A DNA stretch of 64,000 nt. Origin: Candidatus Moanibacter sp. Lineage in GTDB: Bacteria > Verrucomicrobiota > Verrucomicrobiia > Opitutales > UBA2987. Position numbers and translations under genes: made by a program. Below the pieces are notes generated by a model, which worked only from the letters and a program-made list of their open reading frames with translations, was not told the origin of the DNA and searched no databases. The stretch spans positions 1,382,077 through 1,446,076 of the forward strand of contig CBDDCD010000003.1 of NCBI GenBank assembly GCA_965226025.1. Reading direction: 5' to 3'. Shown here one piece after another: positions 19,944 through 29,268 of the stretch. The stretch's first letter is position 1; every line of letters starts with the position of its first letter.

Positions 19944-21674
19944 ATGTCTTCAAGTGTAAGATTGAACGGAGGGCGTGCCCTCGCGGAGATGCTCAAGCGC
20001 CACAATGCTGCGCCAATGTTCGGGATGGGTGGATTTCAGTTGCTGCCCTTTTACGATGCGGTGCGGGAGTTAGGGCTCTCGCATACCTTGATCAACGACG
20101 AGCGTTGCGGGATCTTTGCCGCCGATGCCTGGGCGCGAGTGACCGGACGGCCCGGCATTTGCGATGCCACACTCGGCCCCGGGGCCACGAATCTGGTGAC
20201 GGGGCTGGTCGAATCGTTGAACGCGGGCGTCCCCCTCGTTGTAATCGTGGGCAACAGCAACCGGGATCACTCCTGGAAGAATATGACGCAGGAGGCGCGG
20301 CAGTCAGAAATTCTAGCGCCGGCGGTGAAGTCGTTGATTCGGGTTGAACGGGGACTGCGGATTCCGGAGCTTGTGCGAAGGGCCTATGCCATTGCCACAT
20401 CCGGTCGTCCTGGTCCGGTCGTGCTCGATGTGCCTGAAGACGTGGCGCACGGGGAGTTTGACTATCCGGAAGACGATCTGTATGTCGATCCGGAGACGCT
20501 TGGCATTCCGGCACAACGTCCCCGGCCTGGCCGCGAGGCGGTGGCCCGGGCGGCGGAGCGATTACGCATCGCCGACCGTCCGATTATTCTTGCCGGAGGC
20601 GGCATCCACCTTTCGGGAGCCTACGAGGAGTTGCTGAGCTTTGCCGAAGACTTCAGCATTCCGGTTGCCCAGACATTGAGCGGGAAAGGAGCGATCCCTT
20701 GCACCCATCCGCTGAGCGTGGGCCTGTTCGGTCGCTGGTCGAGAATTGCCAACGATCTGATCGAGTCTTCGGATTGCATCCTGTCGGTGGGGTGCAAGAT
20801 GGGCGAGATCGCCACCCGCCGCTACGCCCTGATTCCCCGTGGTGTTCCGTTTATTCAACTGGATATCGTGGCCGAAGAGATCGGGCGCACCACGCCCACC
20901 GAAGTCGCGCTCTGGGGCGATGCGGCGGAGGGACTTCGCGATCTCCATTCCAGCCTATCGGATGACATGGATTCCCTGAGGGCACGCCGAGGGGTTTACT
21001 TGGCTGAAGTAGAAAAACGGATGGAAACCTGGCGGATCGAGGCGGAACCGCGTTTTACTTCCGAGGAGCGACCGGTTCATATGGCGCGGTTGGTTCGCGA
21101 GCTTCAGCGCGAGATGCCCGAAGACGGCATTCTCGTTGTCGACGGCGGATTTGCGGCCCATTGGACCGGATTGCTCTATGACACGGTTCGAGCCGGTCGA
21201 TCGTATATCGCCAATCGAGGATTCGCCTCCATCGGCTACGGACTGCCGGGCACCTTGGGGGCTCAACTTGCGGTGCCCGATTCACCAGTGGTTGGACTGA
21301 CCGGGGACGCCGGATTCAATATGGTGCTTGGTGAACTCGAAACCGCCCGGCGGCTGGGTCTCGGGTTCACCCTGGCGATTGTGAACAATGCCGCGTCCGG
21401 ATACGTCAAGGCGCTTCAGCACAGTCTGTTCGAAGGCAGGTATCAGTCCAGCGATCTGACCGAAACCAATTACGCAAACGTAGCCCGAGAACTCGGTTGC
21501 CAGGGTATTCGGGTGGACGACCCCGACGATCTTGGGGCAGCGTTTTCTAAAGGAATTGCCACGCGGGACACTCCGACCATTGTCGATGTTCTGGTTACCC
21601 GCGATCCGTCCAAAATGCTGCCCGGTGTGGATAGCCGGACGGCGCCTGTAAAGAAAGGCGATAGGCCGGCATAG
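19944..21674 (+). CDS. Thiamine-diphosphate-dependent enzyme (acetolactate synthase large-subunit-like)
   Basis: TLGPGATNL, SGRPGPVVLDVPED and the TPP motif GDAGFNM...NN. Confidence 0.9.
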   Translation: MSSSVRLNGGRALAEMLKRHNAAPMFGMGGFQLLPFYDAVRELGLSHTLINDERCGIFAADAWARVTGRPGICDATLGPGATNLVTGLVESLNAGVPLVVIVGNSNRDHSWKNMTQEARQSEILAPAVKSLIRVERGLRIPELVRRAYAIATSGRPGPVVLDVPEDVAHGEFDYPEDDLYVDPETLGIPAQRPRPGREAVARAAERLRIADRPIILAGGGIHLSGAYEELLSFAEDFSIPVAQTLSGKGAIPCTHPLSVGLFGRWSRIANDLIESSDCILSVGCKMGEIATRRYALIPRGVPFIQLDIVAEEIGRTTPTEVALWGDAAEGLRDLHSSLSDDMDSLRARRGVYLAEVEKRMETWRIEAEPRFTSEERPVHMARLVRELQREMPEDGILVVDGGFAAHWTGLLYDTVRAGRSYIANRGFASIGYGLPGTLGAQLAVPDSPVVGLTGDAGFNMVLGELETARRLGLGFTLAIVNNAASGYVKALQHSLFEGRYQSSDLTETNYANVARELGCQGIRVDDPDDLGAAFSKGIATRDTPTIVDVLVTRDPSKMLPGVDSRTAPVKKGDRPA

Positions 21675-22008
21675 GAATCTGTCGAGCTTTGTGCTTGGGA
21701 ACAGATCTTCAGGCGTTATCGGACTTTGGAGGTGCTGAATACCGACCAAGCAATGTCGGGGCTGCGGGTGCCCTTTTGACAGGTTGAAACTCATTTGTGT
21801 CGGGTTAGTTCGTGCTGTCGACCGCAGTGGACGATTGAGTGGACGACAGGAGGGGATAACGGAGGAATGATCGTTGTCGCGCACCTAATCGTCCACTAAT
21901 GTCGATTTCGAATCTTGCCTATGACAGCGACAAATGAAACCTTTCTCTGCCGAATGGAGGTGCCGAAATTGCAGGAGAGTTAATACGGACAGATTTATTT
22001 TCTTATTG

Positions 22009-22077
22009 CTAGGAGCCTGTCGGACGAGGTTAACCTGTCGCACAACGATCCGAGGACAGAGTCCGACAGGCCCCCAG
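22009..22077. repeat. Short MITE-like inverted-repeat element (CTAGGAGNCTGTCGGAC family)
   Basis: CTAGGAGCCTGTCGGAC...GTCCGACAGGCCCCCAG; relatives at ~21672, 49286-49581 (x3) and 59782-59850. Confidence 0.65.
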
Positions 22078-22091
22078 AGAGGAGAATACTC

Positions 22092-23057
22092 ATGACCCCT
22101 ACGCCAGAGAAACTGCGGGAAATTCTGCGCTCGATGCAGACCATTCGCCGCTTTGAAGAGCGTGCCTCAGTTGATTATCGGTCCGGCGCCATTTACGGCG
22201 TTGTGCACTGTTATATCGGCGAGGAGGCGGTTGCCGTGGGGGTGTGCTCGGCGCTGAACAAGGACGATCAGATTATCAGCACCCATCGTGGTCACGGTCA
22301 TTGCATTGCCAAGGGGGCGGATCTGAATCGCATGATGGCCGAGCTCTACGGACGGCAGACCGGGTATTGTAAAGGCAAAGGCGGCTCCATGCATATTGCC
22401 GATTTCAGCATCGGGATGCTGGGGGCCAACGGCATTGTTGCCGGTGGCATTTCCATTGTGACCGGCGCCGGTCTGGCGGCCCAGCTCGAAGGCGAGGGGC
22501 GGGTCGCGGTCTCTTTCTTTGGGGACGGTGCTTCCAACGCCGGCCCTTTTCACGAGTCGATTAATATCGCGGCGGCGTGGAAGCTTCCGATGCTTTACGT
22601 CTGCGAGAACAATCTTTGGGCCGCCGGTACGTCGTCGGCCAAAACATTGGCCCACACCGACGTGGCGGCCCGGGCTGCCGGCTACGGCATTCCAGGCGTG
22701 GTTGTGGATGGGAACGACGTGCTGGCAGTCAATGAAGTCGCCGAAACCGCCGTTAGCCGGGCTCGGGCCGGGGAAGGCCCAACCCTCATCGAATGCAAGA
22801 CCTATCGCTGGCGCGGCCACACCGAAAGGATCGGGGGGGCTGATTCACGTCCGAAAGATGAGATCGAGGAGTGGCAACAGAAAGACCCGATCCGGCGTCT
22901 TGTCACCACCCTCATGGAGCAGGGGCTTCTCGTCGATACCGCCTGGCGGAAGATGGACACTGAAATTCTTGCGGAAATTGAGGCGGCGGTCAAATTTGCC
23001 GAGGAGAGTCCGTTTCCAGATCTGGAAGCGGCCCTCGAAGATGTATTTGCGGATTGA
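22092..23057 (+). CDS. TPP-dependent dehydrogenase E1 alpha subunit (AcoA/PdhA-like)
   Basis: STHRGHGH, GKGGSMH, FFGDGA...ENN and TYRWRGH motifs. Confidence 0.93.
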   Translation: MTPTPEKLREILRSMQTIRRFEERASVDYRSGAIYGVVHCYIGEEAVAVGVCSALNKDDQIISTHRGHGHCIAKGADLNRMMAELYGRQTGYCKGKGGSMHIADFSIGMLGANGIVAGGISIVTGAGLAAQLEGEGRVAVSFFGDGASNAGPFHESINIAAAWKLPMLYVCENNLWAAGTSSAKTLAHTDVAARAAGYGIPGVVVDGNDVLAVNEVAETAVSRARAGEGPTLIECKTYRWRGHTERIGGADSRPKDEIEEWQQKDPIRRLVTTLMEQGLLVDTAWRKMDTEILAEIEAAVKFAEESPFPDLEAALEDVFAD

Positions 23058-24035
23058 TTGAGAGGGCAACCCACCGTGCGAAAGATCTCATACGCGCAAG
23101 CCGGGATGGAAGCACTCGTAGCAGAGATGCGGCGAGATCCAAAGACGTTTCACCTTGCGACCAGCGCGTCTGCGGAACTCGTTAAAGAATTCGGGCCGGA
23201 GCGGGTGCGGGCTACTCCCATCGCTGAAAGCGCGTTTACAGGCATTGCCATTGGCGCAGCCGGCTCGGGTTTTCGACCGATCGTGGACTGGGGTATGGTG
23301 ACGTTTTCTTTTGTGGCCATGGACCAGATTGTGAACCAGGCGGCGAAAATCCACTATATGTTCGGCGGCCAGGTGAAGTTTCCGGTTACCTTTCGGGCTT
23401 CTGTCGGCGGCGGTAGGAGGGTGGCTGCGCAACACTCCCAGAGTCCCTACTCCATGTTTATGAATCTGGCAGGACTGAAGATGATATTGCCGTCCACGCC
23501 CTATGACATGAAGGGGCTGCTCACATCCGCCCTCCGCGACGACAACCCGGTCATTTCTTTTGAATCCAACCGTTTGGCGGTGACTGAAGGCGAGGTGCCC
23601 GAGGAAGACTACACCGTGCCGCTCGGCAAGGCCGATACCAAACGTGAAGGAACGGATGTCACCGTAGTGGCCCTGGCCTGGCTCGTGCACGAGGCGCTGG
23701 CCGCCGCCGAAGTGCTCGACCGCGAGGGCGTTTCTGTCGAGGTGATCGATCCGCGTACCCTCGTTCCCATGGATCAGGAAGCGATTCGTGCGTCCGTCCA
23801 GAAAACCGGCCGATTGGTCATCGCCGACGAGGCCGGCCCGACCGCGGGCGCATCGGCCGAAATTGCCACCTTGGTTACCGAAGATCAGGAGACGTTTGCA
23901 AAGATGAAAGTGGGGGTAAAACGTGTTTGCGCACTGCAGGTGCCGATACCGTACAGCCCCGGCCTCGAAGACCATGTCTTTCCAGATCGGGACAGAATTG
24001 TTGCCGGCCTAAGGGAAGTTCTGACCGCCGGTTGA
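23058..24035 (+). CDS. TPP-dependent dehydrogenase E1 beta subunit (AcoB/PdhB-like)
   Basis: TPIAESAF, AAQHSQS, EVIDPRTLVP and KTGRLVIADE motifs; start may be GTG 23076. Confidence 0.92.
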   Translation: MRGQPTVRKISYAQAGMEALVAEMRRDPKTFHLATSASAELVKEFGPERVRATPIAESAFTGIAIGAAGSGFRPIVDWGMVTFSFVAMDQIVNQAAKIHYMFGGQVKFPVTFRASVGGGRRVAAQHSQSPYSMFMNLAGLKMILPSTPYDMKGLLTSALRDDNPVISFESNRLAVTEGEVPEEDYTVPLGKADTKREGTDVTVVALAWLVHEALAAAEVLDREGVSVEVIDPRTLVPMDQEAIRASVQKTGRLVIADEAGPTAGASAEIATLVTEDQETFAKMKVGVKRVCALQVPIPYSPGLEDHVFPDRDRIVAGLREVLTAG

Positions 24036-24058
24036 CGAAGGAGATCTAGCTGGCGAAT

Positions 24059-24860
24059 TCAGACCGCCATATCCAACGGGCTAAGTGCTGGTGTTCATAA
24101 TTACGGTGACGTTTGTGGGAGCGCCATTGGGGGTAGTGCAAGGCGCCCAAACCCGGACGGGTCGGGGATCCCTTGCGCGTTTGGGCAACGCCGCAATACC
24201 CTCAATGCCGCCCCACCGCCTTGCGGCCTGGCGCTTTTGGCCTTGAGCCGCGTTAGCTTTGAGTCGCAGGGTTCGTACCTAGCCCACTCAAAGCCGCCTT
24301 GCTCAAGACCAGAATCGCCTAGGCAAACGCCATCGTAATTACGAACACCAGCACTAAGACTAGCGGCTCCGGGCTTCTGCATGACGTGAAGATAGATCTG
24401 TGTCGTTTCCAAATGCGCATGACCAAGAAGCTCCTGAACAGTGCGAATATCCACCCCCGCTTCGAGCAGATGGGTTGCGAATGAATGACGCAGGGCATGA
24501 GTGGTTACTCTCTTGCCGATGCCTGCCCCCTTTCCCAAACCGCACTACGACCTGACCTCGCTCAAGATCCACATCCTTGATCCTAAGGTGCACCAACTCA
24601 CTCACACGCAAGCCCGCTCCGTTTATGAAGAACCATCTGATCGCCTCTTTCCATCTGTCCAAGCACCATTGCGATGGAGACTTGTCCCGCGTGGCCCATT
24701 CCACGAATTCACGGGCCCAATCGCTCGTCGCCGACACACCTCGATTCGCACACCAAGAGAGGTACCAGCGAAGAGTGATCTGGTGGGAATCTTTCGTTCG
24801 AGGTGCGAGATCGGACCGATCCAGAATCTCCTTCCAGCGTGGAAAATAGACCGCCTTCAC
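24059..24860 (-). pseudogene. intI: Integron integrase, internally deleted twice and interrupted by a MITE
   Basis: GAGLRVSE..LRIKDVD, GKGG and [35 protein letters not shown]. Removing the MITE restores the C-terminal SLSPLDMAV*. Divergent from an attC array. Confidence 0.88.
24085..24354. mobile_element. 270-bp MITE with ~30-bp TIRs and TAA duplication, in the intI 3' end
   Basis: GTGCTGGTGTTCATAATTACGGTGACGTTTG / GTGCTGGTGTTCGTAATTACGATGGCGTTTG; TAA at 24082-24084 and 24355-24357. Confidence 0.85.
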
Positions 24861-24868
24861 TGAATTCC

Positions 24869-24898
24869 TATATAGTGAATATAAATTCACTATATCAA
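24869..24898 (-). promoter_or_regulatory. Candidate intI promoter overlapped by an 11-4-11 palindromic operator
   Basis: Minus strand TTGATA-N18-TATATA; ATATAGTGAAT-ATAA-ATTCACTATAT at 24870-24895. Confidence 0.5.
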
Positions 24899-25269
24899 GC
24901 GTCGTGCTACACTCAGTGGCAGTTATGGTTTCGGTTACTTTGGCGGATAGGTTCTCGCTCAGTGACCTTATTCTCTGTCATCCAATGATTTGCAGCCGAT
25001 TGGAGGGCAATTTTGGAAACACGATGGAAAATGATATCCACCGCTGGGTGTAGCCCTTTTGACTGCTAAAGGAAGAGGGCGGCACTCTTGGGACCTTCAG
25101 TGTAGGTTTTGCAGATCCTCGATTGTTGGTTGCGCTCGATCGAAATTGCGGCCATTCTCGGCAGATCACGATTCGGGAGCCGCATAAAACCACATTCTTT
25201 TCAACTAGACTAGTGTTCGGTGTCCTCAACACCTTCGCAGTCTTTCTGATTCCCTCTTTCCTTAATATC

Positions 25270-25302
25270 CTACACTGAGTGGAGCCCATTATACTGTTCG
25301 GC
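25270..25302 (+). other. attI crossover region (core GTTCGGC at 25296-25302)
   Basis: First GTT core before cassette 1; exact reverse complement of R'' GCCGAAC of attC1. Confidence 0.65.
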
Positions 25303-25311
25303 ACTAAATAG

Positions 25312-25719
25312 ATGAGCCATCGCACCTACATTTGCCTTGAGTGCAGAACCAGCACCGGCAGAACCGCTCGATACGGAGACAGCTCCGATTCGGTCCGCTG
25401 CCCGGGTTGTCGAGAAAAGATGTGGAGTCTTTTTTGGAAGTCGCGAATACCGAAGAAGAAAGATGATAATGGTTGGAGAAGGTTGGCTCGGAAAGTCTAT
25501 TCTGAAGCACCTGATGTCGCCAAATACGCACAGCATCTGGAAGAGAAAGCGCAGAATCTTCAAGTACGAATTGAAAATGCGCGTAGAATGAAGAACTCTC
25601 TTAGTCGGGAGTCGAAAGTGAGGAAACTTCAGGCAAAGCAAGCGAGATTAATCCGGTCGAGAGATATACTCGTAGCTGAGACAAAACAAGCCGAACCAAG
25701 CAGTGGATCTAACCTGTAG
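25312..25719 (+). CDS. Cassette 1: hypothetical zinc-ribbon/coiled-coil protein
   Basis: CLEC...CPGC pairs followed by a basic helical tail; bounded by attI and attC1. Confidence 0.7.
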   Translation: MSHRTYICLECRTSTGRTARYGDSSDSVRCPGCREKMWSLFWKSRIPKKKDDNGWRRLARKVYSEAPDVAKYAQHLEEKAQNLQVRIENARRMKNSLSRESKVRKLQAKQARLIRSRDILVAETKQAEPSSGSNL

Positions 25720-25771
25720 TACTCGCGCGCTCGCACTACGGGTAGATCACTTTCAACGTTGGGAATAGAGG

Positions 25772-26155
25772 ATGAAAGTAACGGAATTTGCGTTTGTGGG
25801 ACATGCGGTTGCAGATTTGCAGCGAGCACGGACTTTCTATGAAGAGGTGTTGAAATTGCCGAAGCCAAAAGCTCTAAATGGCTCGCTGGATGGGGAGCGC
25901 GGTTTTCTCGAGTATGAAATCGGTCCGCATACTCTGGCGATCACGACTGCGTGGACGGATGGAAAATCTCCGGAAGAACCAGGTACGGGACTGGTTCTTG
26001 AGGTCGATGACTTTGAAGCAGCAGTGCGTCACATCCGTGCATGCGGAGTGGAATTCGAGCTTGGCCCTGCAGAGCAGGATATTTGCTTTATTGGCGTGAT
26101 TAGTGATCCCGATGGGAATAAGATCGGTATACACCAAAGAAAGCGTCAACTGTGA
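25772..26155 (+). CDS. Cassette 2: VOC/glyoxalase family protein
   Basis: VADLQRARTFYEEVL and ISDPDGNKIGIH. Confidence 0.85.
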   Translation: MKVTEFAFVGHAVADLQRARTFYEEVLKLPKPKALNGSLDGERGFLEYEIGPHTLAITTAWTDGKSPEEPGTGLVLEVDDFEAAVRHIRACGVEFELGPAEQDICFIGVISDPDGNKIGIHQRKRQL

Positions 26156-26228
26156 AACTGAGACACTCGAGACACGGCATTGAGGTAGCACGATGAATCC
26201 CCATATCACACCATAGGTTGGGTGAAAG

Positions 26229-26438
26229 ATGAGGTATATTGAGTTCAAGGAGGCGATCCACGCCGAGTTAATCCGGAACAGGGAGGGCCTCACCTGGAAG
26301 GAATTGAAGGAAAAACGGGAGCTACCGTATGAACGGCCCTGTGGTACATGGACCAAATGGCTCGAAAGTGAGATTGGATTGAGAAGAATTAGGAAATCGG
26401 AAAACGGGAATTCCCTTGTGTGGACACTTTCTGAGTAA
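26229..26438 (+). CDS. Cassette 2, second ORF: small winged-helix-like hypothetical protein
   Basis: 69 aa (EGLTWKELKEK..LPYERPC.TW...LE.EIGL), ending just before attC2. Confidence 0.6.
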   Translation: MRYIEFKEAIHAELIRNREGLTWKELKEKRELPYERPCGTWTKWLESEIGLRRIRKSENGNSLVWTLSE

Positions 26439-26516
26439 TCGGTTTCGATCGAAAGCCTTCCCAACCAAGCGATCGAGGGCAACTCGGCCTAGCGGCCTCC
26501 TGCCTCATCGCAAACG

Positions 26517-26843
26517 TTAGGTGCCCACATGAACGACGTGATGGGGAGATACGGATTCAATCGCGGCGTTGATTTCGTCGACGAGAGGCCGGATGTCGTC
26601 GAGGCGATTTGACTCCGCGTGAATTACCACGATTCCAATGTCAAAGTTTTGCAGATTGAGCTGTTGCACCAGGTTCTCGTCATGCGTCACGAAGACGTCA
26701 AACTCAGGCGCAGCAAGGGTCAGCAATTCGCCATTGGACTTTGATGCCCAGCCGTGCTTCGGAACGGTCGTTACCAGTTTCCCTTCGAGGAGCGCCGACA
26801 GCTTACGAGGCAGGCACTCATCGAGGATCACCCGCCGACTCAT
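26517..26843 (-). CDS. Cassette 3: DUF5615 PIN-like toxin
   Basis: VILDECLP, GW....NGELL..A and FVTHDENL; overlaps the DUF433 stop. Confidence 0.82.
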   Translation of the reverse strand: MSRRVILDECLPRKLSALLEGKLVTTVPKHGWASKSNGELLTLAAPEFDVFVTHDENLVQQLNLQNFDIGIVVIHAESNRLDDIRPLVDEINAAIESVSPHHVVHVGT

Positions 26844-27055
26844 GTCGTCGCCGCTTCGATCTCCCGTTTCGCGGCACCCTCGAGAAATCGGTGGACTTGC
26901 TCCTTCGAGACCGTGGGAAAGTCGTCCAGGAATTCTGCCACGGTTTCCCCTGCCTCAAGATAGTCAAGAAGGGTCCGGATCGCAACGCGAGTTCCACGGA
27001 ACACCGGTTTACCGCTGAGAATCTCCTGAGAACACTGAACGATAGATTCACTCAT
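26840..27055 (-). CDS. Cassette 3: DUF433 antitoxin
   Basis: EILSGKPVFRGTRV.I.TLLDYLEAG.....FLDDFPTV. Confidence 0.88.
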   Translation of the reverse strand: MSESIVQCSQEILSGKPVFRGTRVAIRTLLDYLEAGETVAEFLDDFPTVSKEQVHRFLEGAAKREIEAATT

Positions 27056-27248
27056 CAGGAAGAAGCATGGAGCAGGTTTTCATTGATTTCAACGTGAATG
27101 ACCCGCACGGCACCTAACAAAACGGTCCTTCCAACCCCTGCCAGCGCCGCCGATTCGAAACGGTCGGTGGCTTCGTGCAACGTTGGCGGAGACGGAATTG
27201 GTTTGTCGGCAGGTGCGGCAGACCTCTAACGTTCGGCGAATGCAGACA

Positions 27249-28196
27249 ATGACGCACAGGCTCACGACTGAGCTTAGAAGAATGGCATCCGAGAGCCACG
27301 ATGTATGCGTCTCTTGTGGCCACCGTTTTCGCGAAGGTGACACTACCCATCTCGGTTATGACTCCGAAGGCAATCCACTGTATGTCTGCGATGGTTGTTC
27401 CCAGAATTTGAAGGAGACAGCTGTTCGAGATTACTTTACTTCGCGGCCCTATCAGGTGCCCGGTGCGGACGCCAAGCTGTGGCGCTACATGGACTTCACA
27501 AAATACGTGAGTCTCCTCTCGACGTCCGACCTTTGTTTCACGCGAGCCGATTGTTTTGAAGACGCATTTGAGGGGGCGAAAGGTATACGCAAGAACAAAG
27601 AGAAGTGGGATCAGCACTACCTAGGATTTTTTCAGCAGGCCATTCGAAACCCGCCTCCGGGACACGAATGCAATCTAAGCGATGAGGAAGTCGAAAAGGA
27701 AGCCGACCGAATATTGAAGGATTTAGAGAAGGGCGGCGAGGCCGACAGGTCGAGGACGTTTGTCAATTGCTGGCACGAAAATGAATTCGAATCAGAAGCG
27801 ATGTGGCGGCTATATTCCAGCTACATTGACAACGCGATTGCTGTGCAAACCACCTATGGCGCACTTTACGCCGCGATCGATCGCGATCCATCCATTCAGA
27901 TTGGACGGGTCGAATACGTAGATTTGAATACGAGCTACGTCGGCGTGAATGATGCGTTCTGGCGTAAACGAAAGTCCTTCGAGCACGAGAGAGAGGTCAG
28001 AGCAGTGGTCACAGACTTCAATTGGGATGACCTAGGAAAGATTATTCCTGTGAATCTGCCGGTTCTGATTGAGAGCGTATTTGCCTCACCGAACGCTCCT
28101 AAATGGTTTCTGGATCTTGTAAACGACGTGAATAAGAAATATGGACTGCAGATAGCCGTCGAAAGTTCGGCACTTAAAGAAGAGCCTTTCTACTAA
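27249..28196 (+). CDS. Cassette 4: DUF2971-like protein with N-terminal zinc ribbon
   Basis: CVSC...CDGC; LWRYMDF, FEDAFEG, NCWH..E.ESEAMWRLY and KRKSFEHEREVR. Start 27240 or 27249. Confidence 0.75.
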   Translation: MTHRLTTELRRMASESHDVCVSCGHRFREGDTTHLGYDSEGNPLYVCDGCSQNLKETAVRDYFTSRPYQVPGADAKLWRYMDFTKYVSLLSTSDLCFTRADCFEDAFEGAKGIRKNKEKWDQHYLGFFQQAIRNPPPGHECNLSDEEVEKEADRILKDLEKGGEADRSRTFVNCWHENEFESEAMWRLYSSYIDNAIAVQTTYGALYAAIDRDPSIQIGRVEYVDLNTSYVGVNDAFWRKRKSFEHEREVRAVVTDFNWDDLGKIIPVNLPVLIESVFASPNAPKWFLDLVNDVNKKYGLQIAVESSALKEEPFY

Positions 28197-28215
28197 GAAC
28201 AAGAATGCCTAACAA

Positions 28216-28500
28216 AACAATAAAGGGTGCATTTAACCGTGGTTAAAATGCACCCCTGGTTGAACAAGCCGTGAAGGGCTCGAAATCGCGCTATAGGAAA
28301 AAGTATTCTAACTCGTTGGTATAAAGCGAAATAAATTCACTTGACAAGCGAGTATACTAACGTGACTTTCATTAGAGAAAGTGAAGGGTCTTTAGGGACT
28401 TTTTCCGATTTCACGGCACAACGGGAATTGAACGACAATTTATCCAATTCGTGGAACGGTGCAATCTGAAAAGTGCCGCGTCAGCGGCTTAGTTCAACAA
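28216..28500 (-). mobile_element. 285-bp non-coding IS91-like mini-element inserted in attC4
   Basis: AACAA on both sides; hairpin then CCTGGTT at one end, TGCCGCGTCAGCGGCTTAGTTCAACAA at the other, as in the element at 41408-41876. Removal restores a foldable attC. Confidence 0.72.
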
Positions 28501-28632
28501 GCGGCTGCACGACAACACTTGACCCGTAGTGAGTTTGAAAGCCGTTAGTAATCTGAACTTTCGACCAGCAGTCCACGCTCGCTCTCAGGTCAGGTGTGTG
28601 TGAGCCTTGGACGTTAGCCTAAGAAAGTTGCA

Positions 28633-28661
28633 TTGACACAGAAGATTTCGAAAACTATCTT
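28633..28661 (+). promoter_or_regulatory. Sigma70-type promoter of the TA cassette
   Basis: TTGACA-N17-TATCTT, 7 nt before ATG 28669 (probably leaderless). Confidence 0.65.
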
Positions 28662-28668
28662 CAAATTG

Positions 28669-28893
28669 ATGATTGTGGAGCAATTCCCAGAGGTTCAACG
28701 ACTATCGCCCGAGAGGAAGCTAGCTCTCGCAGCAGAGCTGTTCGAAGACGCAACGGATTGCCATGCTGAGCAACCCGATCCGCAGATCGTCAAACTTCTA
28801 GACGAACGGTTGGCCGAGTATAGGGAGAATCCTTCCTCAGCCTCAGCCTGGAACGAGGTTAAGGCTCGGATTCTAGCGAGCCGTGACCCCTGA
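28669..28893 (+). CDS. Cassette 5: putative addiction-module antitoxin
   Basis: LSPERKLALAAELF...LDERLAEYRENP.....WNEVKARI pattern. Confidence 0.82.
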   Translation: MIVEQFPEVQRLSPERKLALAAELFEDATDCHAEQPDPQIVKLLDERLAEYRENPSSASAWNEVKARILASRDP

Positions 28894-29199
28894 ACCCGTT
28901 TGGACGTGGCGCGCGGAGGCCGATCTCCTCCGCGAGTTTTCCGATTGGAGGATTTTAGCGAAGGTTCCGGATTCAATCTTTTGGAGATGGTCGATTCGGC
29001 TCTCCGCCTTGTGCGGATCATGCCGGAGATGGCACCTCTTTACACTGAGAATTATCGGCGGTTAGTATTGAGACATCGAAGAATTGGGATCTTCTACACG
29101 TCTGAAACTCGCGGAATCGTGGTCCATGCTGTCTGCGACCTTCGGCAGGGTAGGGACACGATACTCCGACATCTCGGCATCACACCAGCCGGGGGCTAA
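28883..29199 (+). pseudogene. Cassette 5: RelE/ParE-family toxin, frameshifted near 28936-28942
   Basis: WTWRAEADL in one frame continues as RLEDFSEG...YRRLVL...GIFY...IVVHAVCDLRQ in another. Confidence 0.72.
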
Positions 29200-29268
29200 C
29201 AATCGCGTCGACTCAACGCCGGCTGACGCCGCCGCGAGTCACGCAAAGCGTTATGTCCGGAAACACTG

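Noticed and set aside
26156-26228. attC between the VOC gene and the small ORF
   Set aside because: No R''-like AAC site or foldable stem; the cassette's GTTGGGA pairs with TCCCAAC at 26459, so both ORFs share one cassette.
28341-28358. TTGACA...TATACT sigma70 promoter
   Set aside because: The spacer is only 6 nt.
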